From a virus (lineage: Duplodnaviria > Heunggongvirae > Uroviricota > Caudoviricetes), in the IMG/VR virus record IMGVR_UViG_2703718840_000009, positions 1-13,805 of that record: a stretch of DNA of 13,805 bases. One strand, 5' to 3'. A program made the translations under genes and the position numbers. Shown piece by piece: positions 8,359 through 13,805 of the stretch; position 1 is the first letter of the stretch; the number at the start of each line of letters is the position of its first letter. The notes beneath the pieces were generated by a model. It saw only the letters and a list, made by a program, of their open reading frames with translations, had not been told where the DNA came from and made no database searches.

Positions 8359-8580
8359 ATGGCAGACATCATTGATTCAGCATCAGAAATTGAAGAATTA
8401 CAGCGCAACACAGCAATAAAAATGCGCCGCCTGAACCACCAGGCTGTATCTGCCACTCATTGTTGTGAGTGTGGCGATCCCATAGATGAGCTAAGACGCC
8501 TGGCCGTTCAGGGTTGTCGGACTTGTGCAAGTTGCCAGGAAGATCTGGAGCTTATCAGTAAACAGAGAGGTTCGAAGTGA
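8359..8580 (+). CDS. TraR/DksA-family C4 zinc-finger protein (lambda Orf73-like)
   Basis: 73-aa ORF with CxxC-(17)-CxxC (HCCECGDPIDELRRLAVQGCRTCASC), resembling F-plasmid TraR. Stop overlaps the next ORF start (GTGA). Confidence 0.8.
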   Translation: MADIIDSASEIEELQRNTAIKMRRLNHQAVSATHCCECGDPIDELRRLAVQGCRTCASCQEDLELISKQRGSK

Positions 8581-8990
8581 GCGTAATTCACTCTCAGGCA
8601 CTGCGTGAAGCGGCAGAGCAGGCAATGCCTGACAACTGGGGATTTGACGCGGACCTTTTCCATGAGCTGGTAACACCATCGATTGTGCTGACACTGCTGG
8701 ATGAACGGGAAAGAAACCAGCAATACATCAAACGCCGCGACCAGGAGAACGAGGATATTGCGCTAACGGTGGGGAAACTGCGTGTTGAGCTGGAGACAGC
8801 AAAAATCAAAACTCAACGAGCAGCGTGAGTAGAAGGTGTTATCTCGGATGGAAGTAAGCGTATTGCTGAACTGGAGGCCTGGGTTGAATACACAAGAGCT
8901 GCATACGTAAGAGCAAAAGACAAGGGAGATTTGATCAGAGTTATTACCCGCCAACCAACGGGATTTTACGCTTACGTACCATGTAATTAG
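8577..8990 (+). pseudogene. ea22: ea22-like ORF interrupted by an in-frame TGA at 8826-8828 (83 codons, stop, then 53 open codons)
   Basis: N-terminus MSVIHSQALREAAEQAMPDNWGFDADLFHELVTPSIVL resembles lambda Ea22 (from memory, uncertain). After the TGA the same frame reads VEGVISDGSKRIAELEAWVEYTRAAYVRAKDKGDLIRVITRQPTGFYAYVPCN to TAG at 8988-8990. Confidence 0.5.
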
Positions 8991-9126
8991 GAATCCTTGA
9001 AGTGGCAGCCTAACTGCGGATACACTGAAATGGCGATTTGGTAACATGTTTCGCACAAGGCTGTTACTACACTTAGAGATAATCAGCCATGATTAAACGC
9101 TTTGTAAAAAGTAAAAGGAAATTACA

Positions 9127-9741
9127 ATGAAAAAATCAATACTAATTTTAGGGCTTACGTTAATTGTCTCATCTCAAATACCATCGGCAATGGCAAAAAA
9201 TGAATCAAAACTATGGGTTGTTGTTGATCGAACGGAAAGACATACCTGCCCTTCAAGTAAATGTGGAGTGGCTGGGAAACTATTTTTCAGGGAAGGCGTA
9301 GATTTTCTAGAAAAAAAAGGTGAATGGGTTCGTATAACTGAGCCATATTCAGCCTCATGTGTTGGAGGGGAAAGCGAATATATTAAAGAAGGTAATAAAT
9401 CCTGCACAAGAAAAAATGGAATCGTTAATGGCAAGTTTTCAGAATGGGTTAAACTTAGTGATCTTAGCAGTGAAAGGCCATCAGATCCTGCTGAAAATGC
9501 GAGCGGAGATGATACTTTAATCAAAGGATCTGATGACTACCGTATATACAAAAAAGAGTTTTCTTCGGCAGCTAGGAAGTTAATAAATGAAGGGGTCTGC
9601 ACGGAAAGCGATTTTAAGGAAATCGGAGGGTGGATGGCATCAAGCAATAAGGGTGAAAACATCTATTTCACATATTGCGGAGGAATGACGTTGTCGAACA
9701 GAATATATCTAGACGTTAAAAGTGGAAAGACTTTTAGATAA
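9127..9741 (+). CDS. Hypothetical secreted protein with a possible bacterial SH3-like N-terminal domain (non-lambda)
   Basis: 204-aa ORF with RBS aagga ~8 nt upstream and a signal peptide (MKKSILILGLTLIVSSQIPSAMA). Visibly AT-rich, several Cys, followed by a terminator hairpin. Confidence 0.8.
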   Translation: MKKSILILGLTLIVSSQIPSAMAKNESKLWVVVDRTERHTCPSSKCGVAGKLFFREGVDFLEKKGEWVRITEPYSASCVGGESEYIKEGNKSCTRKNGIVNGKFSEWVKLSDLSSERPSDPAENASGDDTLIKGSDDYRIYKKEFSSAARKLINEGVCTESDFKEIGGWMASSNKGENIYFTYCGGMTLSNRIYLDVKSGKTFR

Positions 9742-9812
9742 TATGATATTACCAATGACAGCATTAATTTAATGCCTCCATAGAATTATCTCCAGGAAGT
9801 AAGTATAAGAAA

Positions 9813-9850
9813 AGCCCGCACAATGAGCTGCTGCGGGCTTTGTGTTATTC
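9813..9850 (+). terminator. Putative intrinsic terminator after the secreted-protein gene
   Basis: Stem agcccgca / tgcgggct with ~11-nt loop, followed by a T-rich tract (ttgtgttatt). Confidence 0.55.
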
Positions 9851-10034
9851 GCCATATTTTATGAAGCAAATACGACACTATAGATAATTAAGCGTTACTG
9901 GTTGTCGATTCCTCACTCATTCCTGCTGATGGCTGTCTTCTTGTATGTGCCATTGAAGGGTAATATCGCGTAAAAAGATACCGGAAGTATCCGCGCCGCC
10001 ATGATTGTCTTTCTCCTGATGCAGGAAAAGCAGA

Positions 10035-10373
10035 ATGACTAGATCAGCAGCAGAGCGCAAAGCCGATCAGAGAGCCAAGCAAGCATCATCCGGTATGCGT
10101 AAGCTGGAGCTTGTACTTGATGCTCAGGAAATTGAAATGCTGGAGCGTAACTGAGCCACGCGCCGCTTCAGGCGTGCGCCTTACGAGTTTGGTGAGTACA
10201 TAGCATTACTGAGCCGCCAGGATGATGCACGTGTGCGCTGGCGTATAAAATCGATTAGCAGAAAACGTTGCCGTAAGTGCGGCGAGAGAGTTCCTGTTAA
10301 TTCATGCCCGTGTAATGGTGACTCACAATACTGGGTGACCAAAGGCTGGCACGAAACAAAATTAATGATATAA
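10035..10373 (+). pseudogene. Zinc-ribbon small ORF (possible Ea8.5 counterpart) split by an in-frame TGA at 10152-10154
   Basis: ATG at 10035 with RBS aggaaaag gives 39 aa (MTRSAAERKADQRAKQASSGMRKLELVLDAQEIEMLERN). After the TGA the same frame stays open to TAA at 10371-10373 and contains CRKCGERVPVNSCPC; a GTG at 10233 could restart it. Confidence 0.4.
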
Positions 10374-10401
10374 ATCTCTGTGACATGTCACGGAGGCGGC
10401 A

Positions 10402-10830
10402 ATGAAATTAGACCAGCAATATCTAAAAGATCTACTTATCGCATTCGAAAAAACTTATGGCCCTGACACGATGCTTAGTGAACTAGAGGATAATGGCTTT
10501 AATAGATATGACCAAAATTTTATTTTCCATATGCGATTATTATGTGACTACGAATTAATAGTTAGGGTTGATGGAAAACCAGGGTTCGGTCATATAATGT
10601 CCAACGAGTTAGGGGAAGGTGTTGAATATAGTTGGATCGAAGTACCACTGAGGTTGACAGCAAGAGGGCATGATTTTATTGCTGACTTACGTCAAAAGGA
10701 GGTCTGGCAAGCTATAAAAACAAACTTTAAGGATGAGGGAATTAGTACTCTTATGAGTGTTTCAAAATCACTAGCAAAAGTCTTTGCAAGGAAAAAAATA
10801 AAAGATATTACAGGAATAGATATTGAATAA
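10402..10830 (+). CDS. Hypothetical 142-aa protein, no signal peptide (non-lambda)
   Basis: Strong RBS ggagg 5 nt upstream; visibly AT-rich; preceded by a 12-bp palindrome and followed by a terminator hairpin at about 10877-10900. Confidence 0.75.
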   Translation: MKLDQQYLKDLLIAFEKTYGPDTMLSELEDNGFNRYDQNFIFHMRLLCDYELIVRVDGKPGFGHIMSNELGEGVEYSWIEVPLRLTARGHDFIADLRQKEVWQAIKTNFKDEGISTLMSVSKSLAKVFARKKIKDITGIDIE

Positions 10831-10876
10831 TTCTTAGCATCAAGCAACTACTGCCTTTGGTGAAAATTATATCTGA

Positions 10877-10900
10877 ACTCGCTACGGCGAGTTTTGTTTT
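10877..10900 (+). terminator. Putative intrinsic terminator after the 142-aa gene
   Basis: 6-bp stem actcgc / gcgagt with loop tacg, followed by tttgtttt. Confidence 0.55.
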
Positions 10901-10913
10901 ACGGAGATGATAA

Positions 10914-11081
10914 ATGCACTTCAGAGTCACTGGTGAATGGAATGGAGAACCATTCAACAGAGTTATCTAAGCAGAGAACATCAATGACTGCTATGACAAC
11001 TGGATGATATGGGCGCAGATAGCACATGCAGACATAACCAATATTCGAATTGAAGAACTGAAAGAACACCAAGCCGCCTGA
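10914..11081 (+). pseudogene. Small ORF upstream of xis (lambda orf55-position) interrupted by an in-frame TAA at 10968-10970
   Basis: Reads MHFRVTGEWNGEPFNRVI, TAA, then AENINDCYDNWMIWAQIAHADITNIRIEELKEHQAA to TGA at 11079-11081. The 168-nt span fits the 55-codon lambda ORF I recall at this position. Confidence 0.4.
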
Positions 11082-11120
11082 TGGCGGTTTTTTCTTGCGT
11101 GTAATTGCGGAGACTTTGCG

Positions 11121-11339
11121 ATGTACTTGACACTTCAGGAGTGGAACGCTCGCCAGCGACGCCCAAGAAGCCTTGAAACAGTTCGTCGATGGGTGCGCGA
11201 ATGCAGGATATTCCCTCCTCCGGTTAAGGATGGAAGAGAGTATCTGTTCCACGAATCAGCGGTAAAGGTTGACTTAAATCGACCAGTAACAGGTAGCCTT
11301 TTGAAGAGGATCAGAAATGGGAAGAAGGCGAAGTCATGA
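11121..11339 (+). CDS. xis: Excisionase Xis
   Basis: 72-aa ORF (MYLTLQEWNARQRRPRSLETVRRWVRECRIFPPPVKDGREYLFHESAVKVDLN...) matches lambda Xis; 3' end overlaps int. Confidence 0.95.
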   Translation: MYLTLQEWNARQRRPRSLETVRRWVRECRIFPPPVKDGREYLFHESAVKVDLNRPVTGSLLKRIRNGKKAKS

Positions 11340-12387
11340 GCGCCGGGATTTACCCCCTAACCTTTATATAAGAAACAATGGATATTACTGCTACAGGGAC
11401 CCAAGGACGGGTAAAGAGTTTGGATTAGGCAGAGACAGGCGAATCGCAATCACTGAAGCTATACAGGCCAACATTGAGTTATTTTCAGGACACAAACACA
11501 AGCCTCTGACAGCGAGAATCAACAGTGATAATTCCGTTACGTTACATTCATGGCTTGATCGCTACGAAAAAATCCTGGCCAGCAGAGGAATCAAGCAGAA
11601 GACACTCATAAATTACATGAGCAAAATTAAAGCAATAAGGAGGGGTCTGCCTGATGCTCCACTTGAAGACATCACCACAAAAGAAATTGCGGCAATGCTC
11701 AATGGATACATAGACGAGGGCAAGGCGGCGTCAGCCAAGTTAATCAGATCAACACTGAGCGATGCATTCCGAGAGGCAATAGCTGAAGGCCATATAACAA
11801 CAAACCCTGTCGCTGCCACTCGCGCAGCAAAATCAGAGGTAAGGAGATCAAGACTTACGGCTGACGAATACCTGAAAATTTATCAAGCAGCAGAATCATC
11901 ACCATGTTGGCTCAGACTTGCAATGGAACTGGCTGTTGTTACCGGGCAACGAGTTGGTGATTTATGCGAAATGAAGTGGTCTGATATCGTAGATGGATAT
12001 CTTTATGTCGAGCAAAGCAAAACAGGCGTAAAAATTGCCATCCCAACAGCATTGCATGTTGATGCTCTCGGAATATCAATGAAGGAAACACTTGATAAAT
12101 GCAAAGAGATTCTTGGCGGAGAAACCATAATTGCATCTACTCGTCGCGAACCGCTTTCATCCGGCACAGTATCAAGGTATTTTATGCGCGCACGAAAAGC
12201 ATCAGGTCTTTCCTTCGAAGGGGATCCGCCTACCTTTCACGAGTTGCGCAGTTTGTCTGCAAGACTCTATGAGAAGCAGATAAGCGATAAGTTTGCTCAA
12301 CATCTTCTCGGGCATAAGTCGGACACCATGGCATCACAGTATCGTGATGACAGAGGCAGGGAGTGGGACAAAATTGAAATCAAATAA
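11317..12387 (+). CDS. int: Integrase Int (tyrosine recombinase)
   Basis: 356-aa ORF (MGRRRSHERRDLPPNLYIRNNGYYCYRDPRTGKEFGLGRDRRIAITEAIQ...) matches lambda Int over its full length. Confidence 0.97.
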   Translation: MGRRRSHERRDLPPNLYIRNNGYYCYRDPRTGKEFGLGRDRRIAITEAIQANIELFSGHKHKPLTARINSDNSVTLHSWLDRYEKILASRGIKQKTLINYMSKIKAIRRGLPDAPLEDITTKEIAAMLNGYIDEGKAASAKLIRSTLSDAFREAIAEGHITTNPVAATRAAKSEVRRSRLTADEYLKIYQAAESSPCWLRLAMELAVVTGQRVGDLCEMKWSDIVDGYLYVEQSKTGVKIAIPTALHVDALGISMKETLDKCKEILGGETIIASTRREPLSSGTVSRYFMRARKASGLSFEGDPPTFHELRSLSARLYEKQISDKFAQHLLGHKSDTMASQYRDDRGREWDKIEIK

Positions 12388-12483
12388 TGATTTTATTTTG
12401 ACTGATAGTGACCTGTTCGTTGCAACAAATTGATAAGCAATGCTTTTTTATAATGCCAACTTAGTATAAAAAAGCAGGCTTCA
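12388..12483. other. attL: attL junction: phage P' arm with Int arm-type sites, 15-bp core (about 12461-12475), then bacterial arm
   Basis: Reverse complement reads tgaagcct-GCTTTTTTATACTAA-gttggcattataaaaaagcattgcttatcaatttgttgcaacgaacaggtcactatcagtcaaaataaaatca: bacterial-side sequence, lambda core, then lambda P' arm. Confidence 0.88.
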
Positions 12484-12521
12484 ACGGATTCATTTTTCTA
12501 TTTCATAGCCCGGAGCAACCT

Positions 12522-13805
12522 GTGAACACATTTTCAGTTTCCCGTCTGGCGCTGGCATTGGCTTTTGGCGTGACGCTGACCGCCTGTAGCTCAACCCCGC
12601 CCGATCAACGTCCTTCTGATCAAACCGCGCCTGGTACCTCTTCTCGCCCGATTCTGTCGGCAAAAGAAGCGCAGAATTTCGATGCTCAACACTATTTTGC
12701 ATCCCTGACACCAGGTGCTGCAGCGTGGAATCCTTCCCCGATTACCCTGCCTGCGCAACCTGACTTTGTTGTCGGCCCGGCGGGCACTCAAGGTGTAACG
12801 CATACCACGATTCAGGCGGCGGTAGATGCGGCAATTATCAAGCGTACCAACAAGCGCCAGTATATTGCCGTGATGCCTGGTGAGTATCAGGGAACGGTAT
12901 ATGTCCCTGCCGCTCCGGGTGGAATTACTCTGTACGGTACAGGTGAAAAACCGATTGATGTGAAGATTGGGCTTTCCCTTGATGGTGGCATGAGCCCTGC
13001 CGACTGGCGTCACGACGTCAACCCGCGCGGCAAATATATGCCAGGTAAACCAGCGTGGTATATGTACGATAGCTGCCAGAGCAAACGCAGCGACAGTATC
13101 GGTGTTCTCTGCTCTGCGGTCTTCTGGTCACAAAACAATGGCCTGCAACTGCAAAATCTGACCATCGAAAACACGCTGGGCGATAGCGTAGATGCAGGTA
13201 ACCATCCGGCGGTGGCACTGCGTACTGATGGTGACCAGGTACAGATTAACAACGTTAACATTCTCGGTCGTCAGAACACCTTCTTTGTCACCAACAGCGG
13301 TGTGCAGAACCGTCTGGAAACGAATCGTCAGCCGCGTACGCTGGTGACCAACAGCTACATTGAAGGGGATGTGGATATCGTTTCTGGTCGCGGCGCAGTG
13401 GTGTTCGATAACACCGAATTCCGCGTGGTGAACTCACGTACTCAGCAAGAAGCGTATGTGTTTGCACCGGCTACGCTGTCCAACATTTACTACGGTTTCC
13501 TCGCCGTAAACAGCCGTTTCAATGCTTTCGGTGATGGTGTGGCGCAACTGGGCCGCTCGCTGGATGTTGATGCCAATACCAACGGTCAGGTGGTGATCCG
13601 TGATAGCGCCATCAACGAAGGTTTTAACACGGCTAAACCGTGGGCCGATGCGGTGATCTCTAATCGTCCGTTTGCGGGTAATACCGGCAGCGTAGATGAT
13701 AACGACGAAATACAGCGCAATCTGAATGACACTAACTACAACCGCATGTGGGAATACAATAACCGCGGCGTGGGTAGTAAAGTGGTTGCAGAGGCGAAGA
13801 AGTAA
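12522..13805 (+). CDS. ybhC: Host outer-membrane lipoprotein YbhC (pectinesterase-family / acyl-CoA thioesterase)
   Basis: 427-aa ORF with GTG start, signal peptide and lipobox (LTAC); recognised as E. coli YbhC, the gene beside the lambda attachment site. Visibly higher GC than the prophage accessory regions. Confidence 0.88.
   Translation: MNTFSVSRLALALAFGVTLTACSSTPPDQRPSDQTAPGTSSRPILSAKEAQNFDAQHYFASLTPGAAAWNPSPITLPAQPDFVVGPAGTQGVTHTTIQAAVDAAIIKRTNKRQYIAVMPGEYQGTVYVPAAPGGITLYGTGEKPIDVKIGLSLDGGMSPADWRHDVNPRGKYMPGKPAWYMYDSCQSKRSDSIGVLCSAVFWSQNNGLQLQNLTIENTLGDSVDAGNHPAVALRTDGDQVQINNVNILGRQNTFFVTNSGVQNRLETNRQPRTLVTNSYIEGDVDIVSGRGAVVFDNTEFRVVNSRTQQEAYVFAPATLSNIYYGFLAVNSRFNAFGDGVAQLGRSLDVDANTNGQVVIRDSAINEGFNTAKPWADAVISNRPFAGNTGSVDDNDEIQRNLNDTNYNRMWEYNNRGVGSKVVAEAKK

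Larger units (their letters stand above)
1..12475. mobile_element. Lambda-family cryptic prophage, internally deleted, ending at attL; continues beyond the window start
   Basis: Collinear lambda genes (tfa, stf, A, nu1, cos, bor, Rz, R, S, Q, bet, exo, xis, int) recognised from memory, ending in a P'-arm/core/bacterial-arm junction beside ybhC. Two internal deletion junctions are visible. Confidence 0.9.

Noticed and set aside
8491-9524. Minus-strand ORFs 8491-8694, 8508-8723, 8594-8809, 8763-9056 and 9174-9524
   Set aside because: Antisense to the TraR-like, ea22-like and secreted-protein genes, which have better starts, RBSs and recognisable features.
8826-10154. TGA read as selenocysteine or programmed read-through to explain the interrupted ORFs
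   Set aside because: I saw no SECIS-like hairpin directly downstream, the third interrupted ORF uses TAA, and decay of a cryptic prophage is a simpler explanation. Not excluded experimentally.
11275-11285. Apparent extra C at the 11280/11281 line boundary that would frameshift xis
   Set aside because: My hand count gave one nucleotide too many here, but the supplied ORF track shows an intact 72-aa Xis and 356-aa Int, so I attribute this to my own counting error.
10899-11339. Minus-strand ORFs 10899-11252 and 10981-11166, and plus-strand 11121-11339 alternatives
   Set aside because: The minus-strand ORFs are antisense to xis and the orf55-position ORF; Xis is confidently identified on the plus strand.
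11613-13261. Minus-strand ORFs inside int (11613-11819, 11939-12136) and inside ybhC (12490-12711, 12591-13013, 13010-13261, 13018-13218)
   Set aside because: Antisense to full-length, confidently identified int and ybhC.

Overview
This window is a heavily deleted (cryptic) bacteriophage lambda-family prophage integrated at the E. coli lambda attachment site next to ybhC, displayed in reverse of the conventional lambda map. All identifications are from my memory of lambda protein and DNA sequences, not from any database search. Left to right: tfa and a C-terminal stf fragment (minus strand); a deletion junction joining stf to the first ~59 codons of terminase gene A; intact nu1; an annealed cos site; a right-arm accessory block (small RHH-like ORF, two hypothetical ORFs, bor); the lysis cassette Rz/Rz1-R-S; pR'/6S RNA/tR'; a second deletion junction joining a C-terminal Q fragment head-to-head with the 3' end of bet, which removes the whole immunity and replication region; intact exo; a string of small accessory ORFs; xis; int; the attL junction; and full-length host ybhC. 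I see no tRNA, rRNA, CRISPR array or IS element. I do not see a clear-cut novel multi-gene system. The least explained material is the accessory block between exo and xis (about 8.3-11.1 kb): two visibly AT-rich, non-lambda genes of unknown function, each with its own RBS and terminator, and three consecutive small ORFs each interrupted by one in-frame stop codon. Coordinates I counted by hand may be off by 1-2 nt.
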